Shown: positions 55,891 through 64,000 of the stretch, piece by piece
Numbering within the stretch: the first letter of the stretch is position 1
Layout: each line of letters opens with the position of its first letter
Source: SAR86 cluster bacterium
GTDB taxonomy: Bacteria; Pseudomonadota; Gammaproteobacteria; Magnimaribacterales; D2472
Length of the DNA stretch: 64,000 nt
Direction: 5' to 3'
Assembly (NCBI GenBank): GCA_018607365.1
Contig: JABBBT010000015.1
Coordinates: 15,733 to 79,732 of the forward strand
The notes under the pieces: model-generated
Database searches by the model: none
The model's input: only the letters and a program-made list of their open reading frames with translations
Told to the model about the DNA's origin: nothing
Made by a program: the position numbers and the translations under genes

Positions 55891-56867
55891 GTATAGAGAA
55901 ATATAAATGGCTTAATGATATTTATATAGATATAAATTTTAAAAACTTGCCCCACGGAATAATAATTAATGGACCTAGTGGAATAGGTAAAAACATTCTT
56001 GCAAATAAAATATGCGAGAGCATTATTATTAACCCTTCTGAAAATAGCAGCAGGGATCACATGAGCCTTATTCATAATAATAGCCATCCTGACATGTATG
56101 TTCTTGATAAAGACAAGCTTGGCGTTAATGACATTAGCAGAAGAAAAGAAAGCAAAAACTGGGATGATGAAAAGGGCTTTAGAGATGTAATATCTTTTTT
56201 AAATTTAACACCATCTATAGCTAAAAATAAAGTTGCTTTGATACATAATGCAGATTTAATGACTAACGAAGCTCAAAACGCGCTTTTAAAGTCCCTCGAA
56301 GAGCCAGCATCATTCTCATATATCATTATGACAACAAATAGACCAAGGTCTCTGAATCAGACGATATATAGCAGATGCCAACTTATTAATATAAAAAATT
56401 TATCACCTGAAGGTGTTAATAATTGGCTCTCTAATGAAGGTATTACTGAATATACGGCAATGGATTTTCCTAGTTTCGCAACCCCATTTAATATTCTGGA
56501 AGATATACAAAATAACAACCAAAACTCATATAAAGATTTTGTTATTTTAATTGATAAATTTACTTCTAATAAAGTTGATCAAGTTCAAGTATTAAAAGAT
56601 CTTAATGACATCGATATTGGCTTTATAGAAAAAATTAACTATTTAATAGAGTTTTTAAAGATACTTCTTAAATCAAGATTAACTGGAAGTGGATTAAGCG
56701 GTACTTATAAAGAATTTAATAAAACTAATTTTAATAAATTAAAAATCTCCAATATTATTGATGAATTAAATAATCTTAGGTTTGATTTTTATTCCGTAAG
56801 CTCAATTAATGAAACTCATGTAATGAATTATTTTTTAAGTCAGCTAAAAATATCTATTAAGCAATAG
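55887..56867 (+). CDS. holB: DNA polymerase III delta' subunit
   Basis: Degenerate P-loop GPSGIGKN, SLEEP motif (LLKSLEEP) and SRCQ. ATGA overlap with tmk. Confidence 0.8.
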   Translation: MSIEKYKWLNDIYIDINFKNLPHGIIINGPSGIGKNILANKICESIIINPSENSSRDHMSLIHNNSHPDMYVLDKDKLGVNDISRRKESKNWDDEKGFRDVISFLNLTPSIAKNKVALIHNADLMTNEAQNALLKSLEEPASFSYIIMTTNRPRSLNQTIYSRCQLINIKNLSPEGVNNWLSNEGITEYTAMDFPSFATPFNILEDIQNNNQNSYKDFVILIDKFTSNKVDQVQVLKDLNDIDIGFIEKINYLIEFLKILLKSRLTGSGLSGTYKEFNKTNFNKLKISNIIDELNNLRFDFYSVSSINETHVMNYFLSQLKISIKQ

Positions 56868-57624
56868 TAGTTCCACCATCAACAACTATTGTTTCTCCAT
56901 TAATATAGCTTCCAGCTTTTGACGCAAGCATTACTGCGACACCAGCTATTTCATCAGCTTCACCAATTCTTCTCATTGGAGTGGTTGTCAGAACACTTTT
57001 TAAAATATCAGGATTCTCCCATAAACCTTTAGCAAAATCTGTTTTGATTAAGCCAGGAGCAATAGAGTTTGCTCTAATATTATAGTGACCAAATTCAGCC
57101 GCTATATTTTTAACAATCATCACATCAGCTGCTTTGCTTATATTGTAAGCACCTAAAATAGAACTTCCTTTGATAGCAGCTATACTTGAAATAATAATTA
57201 TTGACCCATCATTTTTATCTCTCATGTGAGGAATACAAAGATTACATAATGTTTGAGTAGATTTAATATTGTTATTCATAACCTTATCAAACTGTTCTCC
57301 AGTCATATCAAGCATTGATCCCATGTGTGTATTCGTTGCTGCATTGCAAACTAGCGTATCTATCCCGCCCAATAAATCAATTGTGGTTGTTACTAGATTT
57401 TGAAGTTGCTCTTGATCACTTATATTGCAGGCAATGGGGAATGCAACTTCCTCACCAATTTCGTTATTAATTTCCGAAGCAGTTTCATTGCATGCATCAA
57501 TTTTTCTTGAAGAGATAATAACTTTTGCACCATGAAGAGCAGAATGACGTGCTATAGCCTTGCCAATTCCTCTAGAGGAACCAGTTATAAGAATTGATTT
57601 GTTTTTAAGGTTAAATAATGACAT
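56857..57624 (-). CDS. Short-chain dehydrogenase/reductase (SDR)
   Basis: Motifs TGSSRGIG, NAA and YNISKAA. The ATG at 57624 gives a canonical N-terminus (the ORF opens at 57666). Confidence 0.85.
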   Translation of the reverse strand: MSLFNLKNKSILITGSSRGIGKAIARHSALHGAKVIISSRKIDACNETASEINNEIGEEVAFPIACNISDQEQLQNLVTTTIDLLGGIDTLVCNAATNTHMGSMLDMTGEQFDKVMNNNIKSTQTLCNLCIPHMRDKNDGSIIIISSIAAIKGSSILGAYNISKAADVMIVKNIAAEFGHYNIRANSIAPGLIKTDFAKGLWENPDILKSVLTTTPMRRIGEADEIAGVAVMLASKAGSYINGETIVVDGGTTIA

Positions 57625-57664
57625 TTTTTGTTTATAATTAATTAAATATTTAAGGAATACTAAC

Positions 57665-57889
57665 ATGATTGAGATATACGGAAAACTTCAGTGCCCATAC
57701 TGCGATAAAGCAAAAGCGTTATGTGAGCGCGAAAATTATGAATACTCATATAAACAGTTAGATGAAGATTTTACTAGAGAAGATTTTTTTGCAATGTTTC
57801 CAATGGCAAGAACCTTTCCACAAATAAAAATTGATAGTGAGCTGGTTGGTGGGTATACCGAATTGGAAGCTTGGTCTAATAATCAATAG
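57665..57889 (+). CDS. Small dithiol glutaredoxin (CPYC)
   Basis: CPYC active site, TFPQIKI and GGYTEL. Confidence 0.8.
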   Translation: MIEIYGKLQCPYCDKAKALCERENYEYSYKQLDEDFTREDFFAMFPMARTFPQIKIDSELVGGYTELEAWSNNQ

Positions 57890-57898
57890 AGGCAAACA

Positions 57899-59569
57899 AT
57901 GAATCAATTTAATGAATTTTTATTATTATTAGATAGTAACCTGAGTGGTTCTTGGTGGTTTCCCATATTGCTAGTTGGGACAGGTATATTCTTTACTATT
58001 TATTTAGGGTTTCCTCAGTTTAGATTTTTTTCCAAGGCATGGAAATTAGTTTCAGGTAAAAATACTAAAGCAGACGCAGAAGGAGAAACAACAGCTTTTG
58101 AAGCGCTTACTACTGCTATGTCTGGAGCAGTTGGTACTGGAAATATAGGTGGTGTTGCATTGGCTATCTGGACTGGTGGTCCAGCGGCAATATTCTGGAT
58201 GTGGATAACGGCTATTTTTGGAATGACTACTAAGTTTGTTGAAGTAACAATGGGTCATAAATATAGGACTAAGCTTGAAGATGGGTCTATTTCTGGCGGA
58301 CCAATGTACTATATAGAACACGCTTTAAATATGAAATGGGCGGGAATACTTTTTGCTTTTTTAATGATGATTACTGCTATTGGTTCGGGAAATATGCCGC
58401 AAATTAATAATATAGCTCTAGTAATGAATACTGAGTTTGCAGTTCCTAAACTATTTACTGGATTGTTTTTAGGTATTTTGCTTTGGTTTATTATAATTGG
58501 TGGCATAAAAAGGATTGCTTCTGTTGCAAGTAAAATTATCCCTATTATGGGACTAATCTATTTTGGAGGAGCTCTTTTTATTCTTATAGAAAACTATCAA
58601 AATATTATTCCTTCTTTCAACGCTATTTTTGCTCAAGTTTTCACTGGATCAGCTGCTGTTGGTGGATTTTTAGGTGCAAGTTTTGCTATGAGCTTGAAAT
58701 ATGGTGTTGCTAGAGGATTATATTCTAATGAGGCAGGGCAAGGCTCCTCTCCAATTGCTCATGCATCTTCAAAAAATACTTCGATTGATCAAGGTGTTGT
58801 TTCTATATTAGAGCCATTTATTGACACGATTGTTGTATGTAGTGTTACAGCCTTAGTTATATTATCAAGTGGAGTCTGGACCGAAAAATTTGATACTACT
58901 TTCTCTAAGACTGATATGGTAATTCTTGAGGGTACATATAGTGACCAAGAGAATGTTGATGGTACATATATGCATCCTGAACATATGGAACAGTTAACAA
59001 AGTATGTTCAATCTATTAATTCTGATGTGAGTGAATTTTCTGGATCTATAAATATTGAAAATGGTAAATTAATAAATTCTGATATTACAATACTTCATTC
59101 TAGATCAATTGCTGAGAATGTGGTTGTTAAGTCTGCTGATAATAAAAACCTTTATACCGGTACCTTAAATGTAATTAAAGGTAAGGTCTTAGAACCTGTA
59201 TTAGTTGAAGGTAAGTCCTTGGTAAGCTCAGCTGAGCTTACTGCTAAAGCATTTTCACAAGGTGCGCTTGGAGAATATGGTGGTAAGTTGGTAGCTATCG
59301 CATTACTTTTATTTGCTTTTTCTACTGCAATAACCTGGTGTTATTACGGAGATAGATCTACAGCATATATTTTTGGTGAGAAGGGTGTGTTTTGGTATAG
59401 AAATTTTTATGTTTTATGTTTTATATTAGCGGCCGTTATAGATACAACAATAGTATGGAATATTGCTTATGTGGTTGTAGCTTTAGTCTCTATTCCAAAC
59501 TTAATAGCACTTTTCGTTCTAAGAAAAGAAATGAAAAATTTAACTAATGAATTTATAAATCAAAATTAA
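57899..59569 (+). CDS. Alanine/glycine:cation symporter (AGCS) family transporter with a ~115-aa inserted soluble domain
   Basis: Motifs FEALTTAMSGAVGTGNIGGVA, SNEAGQGSSPIAHA and FAFSTAITWCYYGD. 556 aa versus my recollection of about 450-480 aa for the family. Confidence 0.8.
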   Translation: MNQFNEFLLLLDSNLSGSWWFPILLVGTGIFFTIYLGFPQFRFFSKAWKLVSGKNTKADAEGETTAFEALTTAMSGAVGTGNIGGVALAIWTGGPAAIFWMWITAIFGMTTKFVEVTMGHKYRTKLEDGSISGGPMYYIEHALNMKWAGILFAFLMMITAIGSGNMPQINNIALVMNTEFAVPKLFTGLFLGILLWFIIIGGIKRIASVASKIIPIMGLIYFGGALFILIENYQNIIPSFNAIFAQVFTGSAAVGGFLGASFAMSLKYGVARGLYSNEAGQGSSPIAHASSKNTSIDQGVVSILEPFIDTIVVCSVTALVILSSGVWTEKFDTTFSKTDMVILEGTYSDQENVDGTYMHPEHMEQLTKYVQSINSDVSEFSGSINIENGKLINSDITILHSRSIAENVVVKSADNKNLYTGTLNVIKGKVLEPVLVEGKSLVSSAELTAKAFSQGALGEYGGKLVAIALLLFAFSTAITWCYYGDRSTAYIFGEKGVFWYRNFYVLCFILAAVIDTTIVWNIAYVVVALVSIPNLIALFVLRKEMKNLTNEFINQN

Positions 59570-59653
59570 TATAGCTTGGATTACAAATTAACTAGATAAT
59601 TTTTTTTATATCTATAAAATTTCCCTATTCAATAAATTTTACTAACATATTCA

Positions 59654-60964
59654 ATGAAAATTAAATTTTATATTCTTATTAGTTTATTTATAGTTTCATG
59701 TGGTGGTGGGGGAGGTATGGGTGACTCATCAAGTGACAACAATGGTGGAACTGGAATGCCATCAGATCCAATGATTAACACATTCGCATCAACTGCTAGC
59801 TCTGTATCAATCAACACTTCAGTAACATTATCTTGGACAACAAGTAATACAAACTCTTGCTCTGCTTCTGGTGATTGGAGTGGGACAAAATCATTAAACG
59901 GTTCTGAGGATATTACTCTTGATGAAGCTAAAACCTATTCATTCACTTTGACATGTTCTGGTGCAAGTGGAACATCAAATGCAACCAGTACCATAACCGT
60001 TGAGGTATCAAGTGTAGATGGTTCAGATATTTATAGTGAAGATAAAGCTTCATATTGCAAAGACCCAATTAATAATTCATCTAGCTATTGGATCGAAAAT
60101 TTTGACTCTAATACATTCAATGAAGACATATTTACTTACCAACTAGGTAATGGTTTTAGTGCTAGTGATGGCTCCTGGGTAGGTGGTTGGGGTAATAATG
60201 AACTTCAATACTATACTGGACCAGGAGAAGGTTATGCTAAAAACTATGACTCAATAACAAATACTACAGAAAATCTTTTTATTGAAGATGGGTATCTTAA
60301 AATACAACCTATTTATAACACTAGTAATGTTTTTCAAGATCCGTATTGCGCTGATGGAAGTTGTTCTTATGAATGGCCGCATACATCAGCAAGAGTCATA
60401 ACATCTTCCAAGAAAATTTTTGAAAAACCTTCTAGGATTACGATTTGCTTTAAGGTTCCTGATGGAACTGGGCACTGGCCAGCTGTATGGATGCTTCCTC
60501 AAGGATTCATTGAAGGCACAAAAACATGGCCAACTGACGGCGAAATAGATCTAATGGAAGCAAGGGGAAGGGTTGCCAATGAAATTGGTGCGACTCTTCA
60601 TTTTGGTAACTCTATGAGCAGAGTTATGATTAACAAGGCTGAAACTGTTCCTAATTCAGTAAACTTTCATGACAAATTTCATTCTGTTACTTTTGAATGG
60701 CAAGAGAACTCTATCAAAGTTTACCTAGATACGCAGGAAACTCCATTTTATGAGGAATCATCGGACTCTACAGAATTTAATTCAAACTATTACCCATTTA
60801 ATGAGAGTTTTTATTTATTACTTAATGTCGCCTCGGGTGGAGACTATGATACTTTTGGTGTAGATACTAATATGTACTGTCATGATGAAGAATGTAGTAA
60901 CTTAGCAGATCCAGATAGGGGTCGGTTAATTATTGATTACATCGAGTATAAATCTATTGATTAG
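59654..60964 (+). CDS. Exported lipoprotein, GH16 beta-1,3-glucanase (laminarinase) with an N-terminal Ig-like domain
   Basis: Lipobox FIVSC followed by a Gly-rich linker. GH16 catalytic motif DGEIDLMEA. WPAVWMLP precedes it. Confidence 0.85.
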   Translation: MKIKFYILISLFIVSCGGGGGMGDSSSDNNGGTGMPSDPMINTFASTASSVSINTSVTLSWTTSNTNSCSASGDWSGTKSLNGSEDITLDEAKTYSFTLTCSGASGTSNATSTITVEVSSVDGSDIYSEDKASYCKDPINNSSSYWIENFDSNTFNEDIFTYQLGNGFSASDGSWVGGWGNNELQYYTGPGEGYAKNYDSITNTTENLFIEDGYLKIQPIYNTSNVFQDPYCADGSCSYEWPHTSARVITSSKKIFEKPSRITICFKVPDGTGHWPAVWMLPQGFIEGTKTWPTDGEIDLMEARGRVANEIGATLHFGNSMSRVMINKAETVPNSVNFHDKFHSVTFEWQENSIKVYLDTQETPFYEESSDSTEFNSNYYPFNESFYLLLNVASGGDYDTFGVDTNMYCHDEECSNLADPDRGRLIIDYIEYKSID

Positions 60965-61553
60965 CACTTCTTTCATATAATTTATCCGTTACATCTTCCA
61001 TTTTTTTATCTTGGGACCTTAATAATACCAATAAGTGAAAAACAAGATCAGCTGCTTCTTCTATAAGCCTTCCATCATTTGTTACAGCAGCTATTGCAGT
61101 TTCACCAGCTTCTTCATTAACTTTTTTAGCAATTTCTTTAACACCTTTTTTGAAAAGACTAGAAATGTATGAACCCTCGTTCATTGAAGTTTTTCTTTCG
61201 TCAATAATCGATTCTAGTTTTTGTATCATATCAAAGGATAAATGATCATTTCCAAAACAAGAAATAGTACCTGTGTGACATGTTGGCCCTAATGGTGTGG
61301 CTTGGATTAGGAGAGTGTCTCGGTCACAATCTAAAATAATATTTTTAATTATTAATTTATTGCCGGACTCTTCACCTTTTGTCCATAGCCTATTTTTAGA
61401 TCTACTAAAAAAAGTAACCTCATTAGATTTCAAGGACTTCTTCAAAGAATCTTGATTCATATAACCCAGCATTAATACAGAGGATGTTACATCATCTTGA
61501 ATTACAGCAGGTATAAGTCCTTTCTCATTCCATTTAATATTATCAAAATTCAT
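60954..61553 (-). CDS. hisI: Bifunctional phosphoribosyl-AMP cyclohydrolase / phosphoribosyl-ATP pyrophosphatase
   Basis: Motifs GLIPAVIQD, CDRDTLL and CHTG..SCF, followed by a HisE-like helical C-terminus (EEAADLVFHLLVLL). Confidence 0.9.
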   Translation of the reverse strand: MNFDNIKWNEKGLIPAVIQDDVTSSVLMLGYMNQDSLKKSLKSNEVTFFSRSKNRLWTKGEESGNKLIIKNIILDCDRDTLLIQATPLGPTCHTGTISCFGNDHLSFDMIQKLESIIDERKTSMNEGSYISSLFKKGVKEIAKKVNEEAGETAIAAVTNDGRLIEEAADLVFHLLVLLRSQDKKMEDVTDKLYERSANQ

Positions 61554-61557
61554 TTTT

Positions 61558-62322
61558 TTACCTTATGTGTATATTATTTTGTTTAAGAAAATTCTTTAAA
61601 TCCTCTATTTGTATTTCACTATTATGAAAGACAGATGCAGCTAAAGCTCCACTTATTTTAGGATTATTTAAAACATTGAAAAAATCTATTTCTTTACCGG
61701 CACCGCCAGATGCTATAAGAGGGACATTAATGACATCACTCATATAGTTCAATTGTTTTATATCAAAACCTCTTTTAACACCATCTTGATTCATGCAATT
61801 AAGTACAATCTCACCAGCTCCAAGCTCTTGAACTTTTATTATCCAATCTTTAGTTAAAATTTTTGTATTAAATGAAGTATTAACATTCCCGGTTTTTGAA
61901 TAAACAATGTATTGATCGCTCTCCTGCATAGAATCTATTCCTACTGTTACACATTGACTGCCAAAAGCTTTTGCTAGTTCATTTATTAAAATTGGATTTT
62001 CTATTGCTGGTGTATTTACTGATATTTTGTCTGCACCAGAGTTAAGAATTAATCTGGCGCTTTCAATACTGTTAATTCCACCTGCTACACAGAATGGTAT
62101 ATTTATATTCTTAGCTATTTCTTCAATCCATTTTTTTGAAACCATTGTATTATTTGTACTTGCACTGATATCGTAAAATACGAGCTCATCAGCTCCTTCA
62201 TCAGAATATTTTTTGGCTAAATCTAAAATAGAACCAACTACTTTATGGTTCTTAAACTTTACGCCTTTTACAACTTGACCATCCTTAACATCAAGGCATG
62301 GAATTATCCTTTTAGTTAGCAT
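61558..62322 (-). CDS. hisF: Imidazole glycerol phosphate synthase cyclase subunit
   Basis: Motifs RIIPCLDV, GADKISVNT and ASGGAG. Confidence 0.95.
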   Translation of the reverse strand: MLTKRIIPCLDVKDGQVVKGVKFKNHKVVGSILDLAKKYSDEGADELVFYDISASTNNTMVSKKWIEEIAKNINIPFCVAGGINSIESARLILNSGADKISVNTPAIENPILINELAKAFGSQCVTVGIDSMQESDQYIVYSKTGNVNTSFNTKILTKDWIIKVQELGAGEIVLNCMNQDGVKRGFDIKQLNYMSDVINVPLIASGGAGKEIDFFNVLNNPKISGALAASVFHNSEIQIEDLKNFLKQNNIHIR

Positions 62323-63031
62323 TTAAAAGATCCTTAAGTAATATTTTATTCTCATAAATAGCTTTTCCAACAACACACTCCTGACTTCCGATATCTATTA
62401 GATTTTTAATATCATCCAAACATCCAATACCGCCAGACGCTGTTAAATTAATATTTTTGTTTAAAAGTAACTGTTTATATATATCTATATTGGGTCCATC
62501 AAGCGTTCCATCTTTTGATATGTCTGTGGCGAGGACGTTTTTAATCCATTTATTATTATTTATGTAATCAAAAAGACCTATATTTGTATCCTCAGTCCAG
62601 CCATTAACAGAAAGCATTGGCTGGTTATTTGTTATTTTAAAATCTAGACCAAATACTATTTTTGAATAATTAACTTGTTGATAAATATTATTGCGAAAAT
62701 CTTTATCTGTTATTGCAGCAGTACCAACAATCAACCTATCAACACCAGTAGAAAATAAATTTTTAATCCTTTCAATTGACCTTATGCCACCTCCAACCTG
62801 AATACTTAAGCCATTTATTTTAGCAACCGTCTCAATCAATTTTAAATTCTTACATTCCCCTGATAGGGCTGCATCAAGATCTATAATATGAATATATGTA
62901 AAACCTTCATCCATGAATCTTTTAACCTGTTCTACCGGGTCTTCTGAATATGTTGTTACTTTATTAAAATCACCTTTATATAATCGAACACATTTACCAT
63001 CAAGAATATCAATTGCAGGAATTATTTTCAT
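62312..63031 (-). CDS. hisA: ProFAR isomerase
   Basis: Motifs IIPAIDILDGKCVRL, VGGGIRS and ASGGIG. Confidence 0.9.
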   Translation of the reverse strand: MKIIPAIDILDGKCVRLYKGDFNKVTTYSEDPVEQVKRFMDEGFTYIHIIDLDAALSGECKNLKLIETVAKINGLSIQVGGGIRSIERIKNLFSTGVDRLIVGTAAITDKDFRNNIYQQVNYSKIVFGLDFKITNNQPMLSVNGWTEDTNIGLFDYINNNKWIKNVLATDISKDGTLDGPNIDIYKQLLLNKNINLTASGGIGCLDDIKNLIDIGSQECVVGKAIYENKILLKDLLNAN

Positions 63032-63606
63032 ATTTGGCTTATAAAATATTTAAGGAAGTTTTCACCAGCTAGTGATGATTTTTCAGGGTGAAACTGACAA
63101 CCAATATAGTTATCTTTCTGAACTATAGATGTAAATTTATTAATATATTCACTGTAACCAAACGCTCTAGTAGTATTATCTGAGTAGAAGCTATTCGCAA
63201 AATAATAGTAATTACTTAGATCTTTGTAATCATCTAATCCCTCAATGTGATTCCATCCCATCTGAGGAATTGAAAAGTCTGTTGAAATAAATTTTTTTAT
63301 TTGTCCACTTATTATTCCAAGGCACTGAGTATCATTTTCTTCTGAAGAATCAAATAGTATATGCATGCCAATACAAATTCCAAGAGTCATCTTATTGGTA
63401 TTAAATATAAAATTATCTAGTTTTTTATCATTAAGATAATTCATGACCACACCAGCAGACCCAACCCCAGGTAATATCAAGCCATCAGTTTTTTCTAACT
63501 CATTTTTAGATGATGAGATTACAACATCAATACCAAGTCTGTTTTTTAAGGAGTAATATATAGAATTAAGATTAGCACCACCGCAGTCTACAATTCCTAT
63601 TTTCAC
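63028..63606 (-). CDS. hisH: Imidazole glycerol phosphate synthase glutaminase subunit
   Basis: Motifs LPGVGS, GICIGMH (nucleophile Cys) and QFHPEKS. Confidence 0.9.
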   Translation of the reverse strand: MKIGIVDCGGANLNSIYYSLKNRLGIDVVISSSKNELEKTDGLILPGVGSAGVVMNYLNDKKLDNFIFNTNKMTLGICIGMHILFDSSEENDTQCLGIISGQIKKFISTDFSIPQMGWNHIEGLDDYKDLSNYYYFANSFYSDNTTRAFGYSEYINKFTSIVQKDNYIGCQFHPEKSSLAGENFLKYFISQI

Positions 63607-64000
63607 AATATTCCTTTTGTAGAGAGAATTTGTGAATTGTTGAATTTCAATGCTTTGCTCAATGCTCTAGTAAAGCTCTTAAAAGTAGCCTCAACAATGT
63701 GATGAGAGTTATTACCTTTTGTAGAAATATGACAAGTAAATCCTAGGGCATTAATAAATGAAATAAAGAAGTGTTCAAACATTTCAGTTGGAAAGTCACC
63801 AACATATTCTTTTAATACTGGATAATCCATCTGCAGCATTGTTCTAGAGGCCATATCTATAGATACAGTAGAAAGCGTCTCATCCATTACAAGAGTTTCA
63901 TTTGAGGAATACCTCTCAATGCCAGATCTTTTTCCTATTGCTTTATTAAAGGCTTCCCCAAGGGTTATCGCTACATCTTCGATTGTATGATGCTCATCTA
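63603..64000 (-). CDS. hisB: Imidazoleglycerol-phosphate dehydratase (domain), 5'-truncated by the window edge
   Basis: The reading frame stays open to nt 64000 (...DEHHTIEDVAITLGEAF...). Also NSHHIVEATFK. The ORF-track entry 63603..63887 is only the part after an internal Met. Confidence 0.85.
   Translation of the reverse strand, partial: DEHHTIEDVAITLGEAFNKAIGKRSGIERYSSNETLVMDETLSTVSIDMASRTMLQMDYPVLKEYVGDFPTEMFEHFFISFINALGFTCHISTKGNNSHHIVEATFKSFTRALSKALKFNNSQILSTKGIL

Noticed and set aside
1-64000. Window-wide look for CRISPR arrays, IS elements, rRNA, toxin-antitoxin pairs or recognisable defence genes
   Set aside because: I found none by eye. No spaced direct-repeat arrays, no transposase or integrase motifs, and the spacers are mostly under 200 bp. 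This is a manual scan, not an exhaustive computation.

Overview
Visibly AT-rich, very gene-dense chromosomal segment. Many start/stop overlaps (ATGA, GTGA, TAATG) occur, and several convergent genes overlap at their 3' ends. Conserved synteny suggests a streamlined marine-type gammaproteobacterium: rne<>rluC-rpmF-fabD-fabG-acpP-mltG-tmk-holB, mrp<>metG, grxD/rnt, hisB-H-A-F-IE. This taxon guess is inference and no database search was possible. I support about 72 protein-coding genes, one tRNA-Gly(UCC), four rho-independent terminators and a few regulatory motifs. I saw no rRNA, CRISPR, transposase, integrase or phage genes. Main blocks: (1) 1-5426, a beta-1,3-glucan (laminarin-type) locus with two GH17-like enzymes, a clan GH-A enzyme and a GPH symporter; an exported GH16 lipoprotein lies at 59654-60964. 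(2) 5489-18093, mixed accessory genes: a lone L33-like gene, a PncC-like/NadD-like fusion, a COG3046 photolyase homologue without a CxxC, a PhoD-like phosphatase, two paralogous unknown lipoproteins flanking the tRNA, prepilin peptidase, ggt and two acyl-CoA ligases. (3) 18143-33330, a phosphate-centred supercluster: phoB-phoR, a tandem Pho-box array, a complete but minimal type II secretion operon gspC-M, ppx-ppk2 and pitA. The ppk2/pitA spacer shares an exact 12-mer with the Pho-box core. I consider this predicted Pho-controlled T2SS embedded in phosphate genes the most interesting signal. (4) 33345-64000, mostly housekeeping (TetR/porin, epoxide hydrolase, pdxJ, grxD, rnt, metG, nhaB, nudC, rne, fab/acpP cluster, his operon). 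Oddities here include an Mrp/ApbC homologue with the CxxC loop deleted, an anchorless RnfB-like ferredoxin coupled to an FNR, an about 115-aa insertion in an alanine:cation symporter, and three very small ORFs with good translation signals that fall below the ORF-track cutoff. All functional calls rest on motifs read by eye from the translations and need confirmation by profile searches.
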